The notes under the pieces are model-generated. The model worked only from the letters and a program-made list of their open reading frames with translations, was not told where the DNA came from and ran no database searches. Both the position numbers and the translations under genes were made by a program. This document shows positions 1 to 8,606 of a stretch of 64,000 bases of DNA, piece after piece (the stretch's first letter is position 1; every line of letters starts with the position of its first letter). This DNA comes from Sedimentisphaerales bacterium (lineage in GTDB: Bacteria; Planctomycetota; Phycisphaerae; Sedimentisphaerales; SM23-30): NCBI GenBank assembly GCA_963666285.1, contig OY762711.1; one strand, written 5' to 3'.

Positions 1-457
1 CTTTCTGTTCCATGCCTATTTTTTCGGCAGCATAAACAGGAATTAATGAAATTGCATTAAGTAACATTGCAATGTAGAGAAAAGGATTTATTGAGCGTAA
101 TAACGAGGGGAATATATTATATTTGTACACTCCAATAGCCCTATCGATATAGCTTACTATTGTGCTAGGCGGTACGTCTCTGGGGTTGATTAAATCAAAA
201 TTTCTAATCACATTAACCGTTGTTGTCCCTTCATCATTAGTAATATGTATTGCGGTATTTATATCTGATGAACCGAGCATGAGTTCGGTTATATGTGACC
301 TTTGATTAAATTTTATTTCATATTCATGTCTTTCATTACCAGTCCTTGAGTGAAAATAATTATTCAGTATTGTCTTAGATTTTGACAAATACATAAGCCT
401 ATGAATATTATTTATAATCATTATTTTTTTATAATGTCTCAAAACATAAACTCCCAT
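1..457 (-). CDS. Hypothetical membrane protein, partial (runs off the left edge); probably belongs to an upstream island
   Basis: Manual translation from ATG at 457 is open to the window edge (MGVYVLRHYKK...IDRAIGVYKY...SINPFLYIAMLLNAISLIPV...), with a hydrophobic segment near the truncated end. Absent from the ORF track because it has no stop in the window. Confidence 0.6.
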   Translation of the reverse strand, partial: MGVYVLRHYKKIMIINNIHRLMYLSKSKTILNNYFHSRTGNERHEYEIKFNQRSHITELMLGSSDINTAIHITNDEGTTTVNVIRNFDLINPRDVPPSTIVSYIDRAIGVYKYNIFPSLLRSINPFLYIAMLLNAISLIPVYAAEKIGMEQK

Positions 458-704
458 GTTATAAATTACAAAAATGATATGAAAATATTTTAAGCAGAAA
501 CACTTTTATTTCCAATTAAATAATAGAGAGCCGGTTTTAGGTGATGTATTAAAGGCAAAATAAGCTAAAAGGTGTGGTTGTTTTGTGGTTGTTGTTATAG
601 CGTAATTTAGTATATTATCGCATACTAGTAAAAAAGCAAAATCTGTATAAGTAGTTTGTTTGTAATATGTTATACGATATGGCTAAAGGCGTAAGATAAC
701 GATT

Positions 705-753
705 CTTTGGCCTACGAAACCAAAGGTTACAGGTTCGACTCCTGTCGGGCGTA
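705..753 (+). pseudogene. 3' fragment of tRNA-Arg(ACG): anticodon arm, T arm and acceptor 3' strand, no 5' half
   Basis: TTGGC-CTACGAA-ACCAA anticodon arm (ACG at 714-716), ACAGG-TTCGACT-CCTGT T arm, then CGGGCGTA. No RCGCCCG acceptor 5' strand or D arm upstream. Confidence 0.85.
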
Positions 754-755
754 TT
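727..755 (+). repeat. attL core, 29-bp direct repeat TTACAGGTTCGACTCCTGTCGGGCGTATT
   Basis: Identical to 40213-40241. Confidence 0.95.
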
Positions 756-979
756 TGTAAACACTTGTAAAATAGAAACTTATAAAACTGAAAACTATAG
801 AACTCTGTAAAGGATTCTGTAAAATCTGTAAAGATTAAAATGGTTATAAGTTATTATTTTATAAGTGTTTATTCTTTTTTTAATGGTCTTATATGGATTT
901 TTAATTGAGTAGTTCATAAATATTTTCAAAAAAATATCTAAAGATTATGAATAATTCTTCTAATTCCTCATTTAATAGA

Positions 980-1009
980 TTGACTTTAAGTATTTGATTT
1001 TGGTACCAT
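980..1009 (+). promoter_or_regulatory. Putative sigma70 promoter for the cargo operon
   Basis: TTGACT (980-985), 18-nt spacer, TG-n-TACCAT extended -10 (1001-1009), upstream of the ORF at 1171. Confidence 0.5.
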
Positions 1010-1170
1010 AGATAATGAAAATATGGGACTTGAATATAGGGAAAAAGTTCTAAATCATTTCCTTCTATTCACCTTTATTTAATGACTGCCTTATGTTATG
1101 TATAGGCTGTTCACTGGGAACAGTTTTGAGGATAAAAGTTGCTAAGTGATACGAAAGGAAGAATGGTATA

Positions 1171-4140
1171 ATGAGGAATGTTTTCACAAGGTATTTTCTG
1201 GGAATAGTTACTTTAATGTTAGTTACATCAGGGGTAATGGCGGACCTGCCGATTCAGACATTATCAATTGAATTAAGTAATTCGGTCCCTCTTGATTTTG
1301 ACCCTGATAATTATAATTTCTTAGTTTATGATTGTGGGGCAAAAGATAATAGTGGGCAATATAATGATATCGTAGCTGCAATGATAGAGCTGTTTGATTA
1401 TTATCCTGATGTAGATTACACATATAGAAATGCTAGTACTGCTTCCATAACTCTCAATGATTTAGCATCTCATGATATATTGATTGTTGGTTGGAGCAAT
1501 AGTGGAGGCACAGGGGGATTATCAAAAACAGTTATTGAAACAGGTATAATGGGAAGAGTTGTTCTTAGCGGACACGATGCAGACTATCATACAGCAACAA
1601 AAGCTGGTTCGCATGATAGTGGAGATTTTCAACCTGCTGATATGTTTTTCTCACAAGCTATTGAATATGTATTAGGTGGAACAGGGACAGGCATGGTGGC
1701 TCTGGGCAATACTTCCGGCTTTACCTGGCTTCCCGATGAATGGAATATAGATTCTGAAGTAGTATCAGAAGGAGGAGAAACGGTATCAAATATAACAGAG
1801 TTTGGATATGAAAGCGGTGTATATGATGGGCTATACCATACAGATATGAGTAATTGGAGTCAGTCTTATCATAATTCATTTGATGTTGATACTCTTCCTG
1901 CTTATTTTTCCCCTTTTGAATTAAAATATTCGACAGGGACAGAAGTTGAATATGCAATTACCATTGCAGCAGATGTTAATCCTTATGAACTTATTGAATT
2001 AACTAAAGAAGATTTAATAATAGACCATAATCAAAATGGAACTTCTTGCTGTGACCCTAATGACGAAATTGAATATACTATATGTTGGGACAATATTACA
2101 AATAGAACTTTTGAAGATGTATGGATAGTTGATTATCTTCCTTATGGTGTTGATTATCCTGAAGGATTTTATCAGGAAACAGAAGACCCATTTAATCCAA
2201 TTCCTCCAGACCCTAATTATGATGAATATGCACATTCATATATATGGGAAATTGGAACAATTGACCCTAACAATACAGAAGGTTGTGTTTCAATTACTGT
2301 AAGAGTTAATGATTATGCTCCTGCTGGTATGTTTTTGAATAATGAAGCTTATATCTATAGCGGTGATACTCTAATAGGAATAGCTGAAGTAGATACTCCT
2401 GTTTGTTGTTGGCAAACAGAAGATGCAGACTTAATCTTTGTAGATAAGAATGCAGAAGGTTTTAATACAGGCATGTCATGGACCCACGCTTACAATGATT
2501 TGCAAGATGCACTAAAAAGAGCAAGTGAAGCTAATTGTTCACCTACAGGATATAAAATATATGTTGCAGAGGGAAGTTATAATCCTGGCAATTCTTCATC
2601 TTTAAGTTTTATATTACCATATCAAACTAAAATGTATGGTGGTTTCAAGTCTGGAGGGTGCGATTTTGCAGATAGGAATCCTGATAAATATAGAACAGTG
2701 TTGACTGGAAAAATTGAAGATATAAGAAAGAATGATTATGTAGTCACTATGGGAGATGAGTGTGTCTTGGATGGTTTTAGTGTAGAACATGCCCTTAAGG
2801 ACCTAATATTTGCTGATGGTGTTGATTTCAATCTAAAGAATTGCTTAATACAAAAAAGTGTTCAAAATGGAATTAATATTAAGAATGGAAATGTTGGTAT
2901 TGAATGGTGTAAGTCATATTCTAATGGTCATAGTGGAATATACATAGAAGAAGGTAGTGAAGCCGTAATACAAAATAGTTACACTAGTAATAACAATAGA
3001 CATGGTATAATCTCTTTGAGTTCTATAGTAACAATTAATAACTCAGTCATAACAGCAAATGGAGTGGATGGTGATAATTATTTTGGGGTAAGAATTATTG
3101 ACCCTAATGAACCACCTGTGTTATATAATAATACTATTGCATATAATTACAATGAAGGTCTTTCTTATGTTCAAACAGACCCTAATGCTTTGGACCCTGT
3201 TATAAATAGTAATATTATTTACTACAATAATGATGATGGTGTTCAGTTGTCAGGTGTTGAATATCCTGAACACTGCTGTATATATGACCCTGTCAATGAC
3301 CCTAATGGAGTTGATTATATTGATTATGATGGGTTTGGTAATTTCTCAGGAAAGCCAATGTTTGCTTATCCTGGGGACCCTAACAATATTCATCTTGCAT
3401 ATAACTCAGGATTAAAAGATAGGGGAGATGGGTATCTTTCAAGTGTTGAGATTGGCTCTGAAGATATAGATAATGAAACAAGGATAATTGATGATTGGGT
3501 TGATATTGGGGCAGATGAAATCTATTCTTGTGATAATGATTTATCTGAAGATGATATTTACAATGCTAGAGATTGGAATGCTGATGGTGTTGTAAACTTA
3601 CATGAGTTTGCAATGATGTCTGCGGCTTGGTTAACTAATAGCCCTAACACTCCTGCATATGTAGCAGACCCTAACAGTTTTGACCCTAATTTTGCAGACA
3701 ATTGGAATGAAACTTGTAATTTATATGTTGATTATAAAATTGACTTATCTGACTTCGATTTGTTTTTAGATGAGTGGTTATGGACCGCTTGTTGGAAAGA
3801 TAGTTATGATAGTAGGTTTGATAATCTTGTTGCTCCTTTGGGTGGTGAAACAATGATGATGGTCCCTATGTCCATGTCATTAGAAACAACATCGAGCCTA
3901 TCAACTGTTGAAGAGTATAGCATTGATGAAACTACAGAGAAAGAAAATATGGCTATGCTTGTTATAGGCATATATCAGATAATGGATATTTTGGATGAAG
4001 CTAAATATAATGCAGACTCAGACATATCAATTGAAAACATTGATGAGGAAAAAGCTAAATTAGAAGAAATTCTATGGGAAATGTATGATGATTATTATTC
4101 AATAGATGATAAAAAAACCAAGAAAGATAAATCTAAATAA
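1171..4140 (+). CDS. Secreted multidomain surface protein: DUF11-like domain, right-handed beta-helix, dockerin/EF-hand-like C-terminal module
   Basis: Signal peptide; EIEYTICWDN...VWIVDYLPYGV (DUF11-like); IFVDKNAEGFNTGMSWTHAYNDLQDAL followed by parallel beta-helix repeats; DWNADGVVNLHEFAMMSAAWL and IDLSDFDLFLDEWL, like the host proteins at 45.5-62 kb. Confidence 0.8.
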   Translation: MRNVFTRYFLGIVTLMLVTSGVMADLPIQTLSIELSNSVPLDFDPDNYNFLVYDCGAKDNSGQYNDIVAAMIELFDYYPDVDYTYRNASTASITLNDLASHDILIVGWSNSGGTGGLSKTVIETGIMGRVVLSGHDADYHTATKAGSHDSGDFQPADMFFSQAIEYVLGGTGTGMVALGNTSGFTWLPDEWNIDSEVVSEGGETVSNITEFGYESGVYDGLYHTDMSNWSQSYHNSFDVDTLPAYFSPFELKYSTGTEVEYAITIAADVNPYELIELTKEDLIIDHNQNGTSCCDPNDEIEYTICWDNITNRTFEDVWIVDYLPYGVDYPEGFYQETEDPFNPIPPDPNYDEYAHSYIWEIGTIDPNNTEGCVSITVRVNDYAPAGMFLNNEAYIYSGDTLIGIAEVDTPVCCWQTEDADLIFVDKNAEGFNTGMSWTHAYNDLQDALKRASEANCSPTGYKIYVAEGSYNPGNSSSLSFILPYQTKMYGGFKSGGCDFADRNPDKYRTVLTGKIEDIRKNDYVVTMGDECVLDGFSVEHALKDLIFADGVDFNLKNCLIQKSVQNGINIKNGNVGIEWCKSYSNGHSGIYIEEGSEAVIQNSYTSNNNRHGIISLSSIVTINNSVITANGVDGDNYFGVRIIDPNEPPVLYNNTIAYNYNEGLSYVQTDPNALDPVINSNIIYYNNDDGVQLSGVEYPEHCCIYDPVNDPNGVDYIDYDGFGNFSGKPMFAYPGDPNNIHLAYNSGLKDRGDGYLSSVEIGSEDIDNETRIIDDWVDIGADEIYSCDNDLSEDDIYNARDWNADGVVNLHEFAMMSAAWLTNSPNTPAYVADPNSFDPNFADNWNETCNLYVDYKIDLSDFDLFLDEWLWTACWKDSYDSRFDNLVAPLGGETMMMVPMSMSLETTSSLSTVEEYSIDETTEKENMAMLVIGIYQIMDILDEAKYNADSDISIENIDEEKAKLEEILWEMYDDYYSIDDKKTKKDKSK

Positions 4141-4153
4141 GGAGAATTAAATT

Positions 4154-4753
4154 ATGAAAAAGATGATGTTATTTATGCTTTTATTGTTTGCTTATTCAGT
4201 AAATGCTATGGTTATTTCTGATACGTATGAGTATGGAGTTAGCTTATACAATAATGATTCACTTCTAGTGACTGGTGGTGGTGCTGATTCAATAAACGCT
4301 TATGACTATGCAACAATTAATATTGAAAATACATTACCTCTTCAAATTGACGTTGGAGGGATTGTAGATATTACCCTCAATTATAATAGCAAGTTAACTA
4401 TGGAAGGGGGAGAAGTAGAAATTATTGATTTATTTGAATATTCAACAGCCACTCTTTCAGGTGGTTCAATACATAAAATTTTTAGTTATCAAGATGCTTA
4501 TTCTCCTAATCAAGTTCATCAACCTCATATAGAAATTATATGCAGAGAATATGATGATTCTGTTGCTAATTTAATTACAGGCATATGGGATGTTGATAAT
4601 GATGGAAATGGTTTCTATGATACTTTTTCTATTGAATTGAAAAATCAATCAGGCTATGACCCTGTAATTGATAATATTAAGTTCACTATAGTCCCTGAAC
4701 CTTGTTCCTTAGTTCTACTAGGATTAGGTGGATTATTGATTAGAAGGAAGTAA
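4154..4753 (+). CDS. PEP-CTERM sorting domain protein
   Basis: Signal peptide and C-terminal VPEPCSLVLLGLGGLLIRRK. Confidence 0.92.
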   Translation: MKKMMLFMLLLFAYSVNAMVISDTYEYGVSLYNNDSLLVTGGGADSINAYDYATINIENTLPLQIDVGGIVDITLNYNSKLTMEGGEVEIIDLFEYSTATLSGGSIHKIFSYQDAYSPNQVHQPHIEIICREYDDSVANLITGIWDVDNDGNGFYDTFSIELKNQSGYDPVIDNIKFTIVPEPCSLVLLGLGGLLIRRK

Positions 4754-4774
4754 CTCAACTTCTATACATAAGGC

Positions 4775-4815
4775 TAAGGCTCTTGGTCCCTTGGGACTGG
4801 GAGCCTTACTTTTTT
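4775..4815 (+). terminator. Rho-independent terminator closing the cargo operon
   Basis: TAAGGCTCTTGGTCCC-TT-GGGACTGGGAGCCTTA hairpin followed by a T run. Confidence 0.8.
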
Positions 4816-5145
4816 AAGAAGGGAAAAGAATAATGATAAGATATGCTCCTGATAAAGAAATTGAACCTGTTATTTTTGAAATCAATATAGATGCTGAAAG
4901 ATTATCAAGGCTTCTATCTGTTATTTTAGAAGAATCTGAGCCTGAAGAGATATAGTCTTAATTCTTCCCTATTTCCTCTCTATGGGCTTCCCTTGGTCCT
5001 ATGTCTAATAAACCTACTCTCCCTAGTTCTCTCAGTGTGGGCTAAAATAAGCCATTTTTTACTGGGCACCGATTGTAAAGAGCGCTAAGATATGAACTTA
5101 TGTAAGATTTTTCATATTTATAACCTCTTTTTAGGAGATTTAGAC

Positions 5146-5418
5146 ATGCAAAGAACTAAGATTTCAAGAAGGTTCTGTAAGAACTGTGGGAAAAAAACAA
5201 AACATGAAAGACATATAACTGCTATGGGACTTGGAGATTTTATAATGATAATTTTTACCTGTGGACTATGGCTCATTGCTAGAAGGTTAGAGGTTTTAAA
5301 TTCTTACGAGCCTTCCCCTGTTTGGGGAGGGCTTTTTTTCTTGTATTATCATCCTGATTTTATTATATTATATTCTCTTGCTCATTTCTTTGGGAGAAAT
5401 TACAATAAACGACACTAG
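5146..5418 (+). CDS. Small CxxC and transmembrane protein, possibly truncated or degenerate
   Basis: RBS AGGAG before ATG 5146; FCKNCGKKTKH then a hydrophobic LGDFIMIIFTCGLWLIA. The 3' part reads through a terminator hairpin (5308-5339). Confidence 0.45.
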   Translation: MQRTKISRRFCKNCGKKTKHERHITAMGLGDFIMIIFTCGLWLIARRLEVLNSYEPSPVWGGLFFLYYHPDFIILYSLAHFFGRNYNKRH

Positions 5419-5459
5419 TGACGGTTTCTGTATATTTATATTTTTCAGGGAAGATATTT

Positions 5460-6317
5460 ATGAATAAATCCCTTATAAAACAAATAAAAGAGCTTCATTC
5501 CTCTATATCTAAGGACTCTAAAAACTCCCTTAAAAAAGCTCTTAAACTAGGTGGAATTCTTCAAGAACAGAAAAAAGAAATAGGATTTGGAAACTTTACA
5601 CACTGGGTAGAAAAGACCCTTCCATTCTCAGAAAGAACAGCTCAAAGATATTTAGCAGTCAATAGGAACAAAGAAAGAATTGAAGAATCAGGAGTAACTA
5701 CACTCTATGAAGCCTATGAACTCCTGAAAAGTAAACTTCCTTATCAACAAAATAGCACTAAAAAAGATTCTACTGTTTATACTCCTAAAAAAGTTTCTGA
5801 ATATCTTTACAAGCTCATATCTCCCCATATAAGCCCTGAAACTGTTTTAGACCCTGGAATAGGTAAGGGAAGTCTTTCAATGCTATGGAGGGAAAATGGA
5901 GCTTCTATAATAGGTTCTGATATAGAATCACATGGGAAGAAATATTCAGACCTATTTTTATTAGGGAAGTTTGAAGAAATAGAAAAATGGGAATGGGAAA
6001 AGCCTGATTTGATTATATGTAATCCTCCCTTTAATGCTTATGGAGAAGGGAAATTATACCCTGAAATCTTTCTCAGGAAGATGATTGAACTATTTGGGGA
6101 GAAACAAAAGATAGTTTTAGTTGTTCCTATGGGATTCAGGCTCAATCAGAGGGTAACTAGTGAAAGATGGAATTGGTTAAGCAACTCAAAATGTAAAATA
6201 ACTTCTATTATTAGTCTTCCTATTGATTGCTTCAAAGCAAAATTTCACACTGAAATTCTTATTTTCAATATTCCAAAATTGAAACCTCATTATTTTTTAT
6301 ATGAGGAGATTAAATGA
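5460..6317 (+). CDS. DUF3102-like N-terminal domain fused to an amino (N6-adenine) DNA methyltransferase
   Basis: GFGNFTHWVEKTLPFSERTAQRYL (DUF3102-like); VYTPKKV, VLDPGIGKGSL (motif I) and ICNPPFN (motif IV). Confidence 0.8.
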   Translation: MNKSLIKQIKELHSSISKDSKNSLKKALKLGGILQEQKKEIGFGNFTHWVEKTLPFSERTAQRYLAVNRNKERIEESGVTTLYEAYELLKSKLPYQQNSTKKDSTVYTPKKVSEYLYKLISPHISPETVLDPGIGKGSLSMLWRENGASIIGSDIESHGKKYSDLFLLGKFEEIEKWEWEKPDLIICNPPFNAYGEGKLYPEIFLRKMIELFGEKQKIVLVVPMGFRLNQRVTSERWNWLSNSKCKITSIISLPIDCFKAKFHTEILIFNIPKLKPHYFLYEEIK

Positions 6318-7468
6318 CTAAAAAAGAAAAAGACCTTCTATCAAGAATTCAAAAGCTTCATTCTGAAATTATAAAAAACACTAAGAATTCCCTTAATAGA
6401 GCTATAAGATTAGGGACTATTCTTGACACTCAAAAAAAGAATCTTGGACATGGAAATTTTACAAGATGGGCTAACTCTTCTCTTCCTTTTTCTGAGAGGA
6501 CAGGACAAAGATATATGAGTGTTTTTCATCATAAAGATGATATTAAACAGGCTAATATAACTAGTCTATATGAAGCCTATAAACTTCTCTCTAATTATGG
6601 TAGTTATGCTATGACTAGAAAAAGGGAGGAAATGAAGCAGAGAAGGAGAGACTTTGCAGCTCAAGAAACAAAGTTTCAAAATCCCAGGACCTGGGAAAAC
6701 AAGGTTATTTGCGGGGACTGTCTCTCCATCATGGAGAAGATGATAAAAAAGATGAGTGGGAAATATAGTTGTGTTATAACTAGTCCCCCATATAATGCTA
6801 ATTTTGACTATGGGAAAAAGTATAATGACTCCCTCCCTTATGAAGACTATTTAGAATGGCTCCTTAAACCTTTTCCCTATTATTCCAAGCTCCTTAGGAC
6901 AGGAGGAAGAGTTATATATAATATTGGAGCAATGGTCCAAAATAATAATAGGAATGAAGGAGGAGATTATAATCATCAGCTTATTACAGATTTAACTTAT
7001 AGAGTGAGAAATGATTTCCCTGAGTTTAAACACCTAACAACTTATATATGGGATAAAGGGAATAAAGGGAAGAACCCTCTTAATTGTAGATGGGGTTCAT
7101 TCTGCTCTCCTGAAAGCCCTGTATCAAGGATAAACCATGAGTATATAGTAATATGGTGTAAGGATTCATTCATCCTTGAGAATGAAACAGGAGGAGAAAT
7201 AGACATAACTGAGGATGAGTTTAAGGAGTGGACTTGGTCTATATGGACCATTACTTCAAATAATGTTGGAATTCATCCTTGCACATATCCAAGGGAACTA
7301 GTTAAGAGATTGATTAAATTATATACTTATAAAAATGATTTTGTTTTGGACCCATTTTCAGGAATTGGAACAACTGGAATAGTGGCTCAGTCCCTAAAGC
7401 GAAAATATACTTGCATAGAAATTAACCCTAATTATTGTCAGGAAGCGAAAAAGAAACTAAAAGATTAA
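6314..7468 (+). CDS. DUF3102-like N-terminal domain fused to a beta-class N4-C/N6-A DNA methyltransferase
   Basis: GHGNFTRWANSSLPFSERTGQRYM; ICGDCL, ITSPPYN (motif IV) preceding HPCTYP and VLDPFSGIGTT (motif I). Confidence 0.88.
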   Translation: MTKKEKDLLSRIQKLHSEIIKNTKNSLNRAIRLGTILDTQKKNLGHGNFTRWANSSLPFSERTGQRYMSVFHHKDDIKQANITSLYEAYKLLSNYGSYAMTRKREEMKQRRRDFAAQETKFQNPRTWENKVICGDCLSIMEKMIKKMSGKYSCVITSPPYNANFDYGKKYNDSLPYEDYLEWLLKPFPYYSKLLRTGGRVIYNIGAMVQNNNRNEGGDYNHQLITDLTYRVRNDFPEFKHLTTYIWDKGNKGKNPLNCRWGSFCSPESPVSRINHEYIVIWCKDSFILENETGGEIDITEDEFKEWTWSIWTITSNNVGIHPCTYPRELVKRLIKLYTYKNDFVLDPFSGIGTTGIVAQSLKRKYTCIEINPNYCQEAKKKLKD

Positions 7469-7507
7469 AACTATTTATTAACATAATATAATTAAGGAGA
7501 TTAAAAA

Positions 7508-7702
7508 ATGAAATGTCCACATTGTGAAAATGAAATTGTTAATCCATATAATAATGGAATAGTTCAAATCAATATTGACAATAGACCTTTTAGTGTATAT
7601 GAATTGACTTGCACTACTTGTAAAAAACTTATATCATTACTTCCAGTTTCTACTGTCCCTGATATTCCTTCTCAAGGAGTAAATTCTGTAAAACGAATAT
7701 GA
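7508..7702 (+). CDS. Small zinc-ribbon protein
   Basis: RBS AAGGAG; CPHC...CTTC; followed by a terminator. Confidence 0.7.
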   Translation: MKCPHCENEIVNPYNNGIVQINIDNRPFSVYELTCTTCKKLISLLPVSTVPDIPSQGVNSVKRI

Positions 7703-7709
7703 TATTTTC

Positions 7710-7735
7710 AGCCCTGTTTTTCAGGGCTTTTTTTA
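7710..7735 (+). terminator. Terminator AGCCCTG-TTTTT-CAGGGCT plus T run (copy 1 of 3)
   Basis: Same hairpin at 10384-10409 (+) and 38617-38641 (-). Confidence 0.8.
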
Positions 7736-7865
7736 TGCCCTGTAAAATAAAAGTTTTCATTTTTTGATTTCAGTTTTGGAAACTAATATTATCAGTTTTT
7801 TTCTCATTTTAATGGTCCTTAAAAATCCTAATTTTTGACCATATAAACAAGGAAATTTATCAAAA

Positions 7866-8040
7866 AAGGTGACTGGTTTGTATGACTGAAAGGTGACTGG
7901 AAGATGACTGAAAAGGTGACTGGAAACAGGAAAAAAGGTGACTAAGAGATGACTATACTATAATAGTTATAACTATAAGAGTAGTTACTATAATAGTTAC
8001 TATAAAAGAGAAACTATAAAAGAATTACTATAAAAGAAAA
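7866..8040. repeat. Iteron-like array: 7 x TGACT-core repeats then 6 x ACTATAA; candidate replication origin
   Basis: TGACT at 7870, 7883, 7894, 7905, 7917, 7939, 7950; ACTATAA at 7957, 7972, 7987, 7999, 8013, 8027; non-coding and AT-rich. Confidence 0.65.
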
Positions 8041-8606
8041 TTCAATTTTATTTTTCAGTTTTTAGGGACTAAGGGAATAGGGTTAACTTGGCAAGCTGAG
8101 TTCAAGCTTTGCTTGTCCTCAGAATCCCCTCCCTCATAGAGGGAGAGTCTTATCATTATCTTTTTTTCTTTTCAGGATTGTCTACAAGGAAGAATGAGAT
8201 TAATTAACCTTGTTACCCATATTTCTTTTTTTAGTCATTCTGGGGGCTATATAGCCCCATATATAAGGCTTCAGATAATATTACCTTATCCTTATTGTAT
8301 ATGCCCCATAATGGGGCTTCCTGATTGCCCCCCAAGTTCCGCTCTCCCCCCAGTTCTCAGAATAATCTTGAAAAGCGAAAAAGTTTTAATTATAATTACA
8401 AAAAGAGTGAGTTAGAGTAAGTGTTCAGGGATTTTAGTTTTTTCAAAAATAATTAAAGGAGTTTTTATTTTAAACTCGAATAGTAGTTAGAAAATGATTT
8501 TTTATACTTCCTATAAAATCGTTGTAGCCTGCTGACGGGCAGGCTCAACACTTTTAAAATGTTTTATAGGAAGAAAAAATAATACAATTTATTAGGAGTG
8601 TATAAA

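Noticed and set aside
680..755. Intact tRNA-Arg gene
   Set aside because: No acceptor 5' strand or D arm precedes the anticodon arm; only the 3' part is present.
7866..8040. CRISPR array
   Set aside because: Units are 5-12 bp with no unique 25-45-bp spacers, and there are no cas genes in the window.
8194..8415. 73-aa ORF
   Set aside because: No convincing RBS or motif, and it overlaps palindromic non-coding sequence in the putative origin region.
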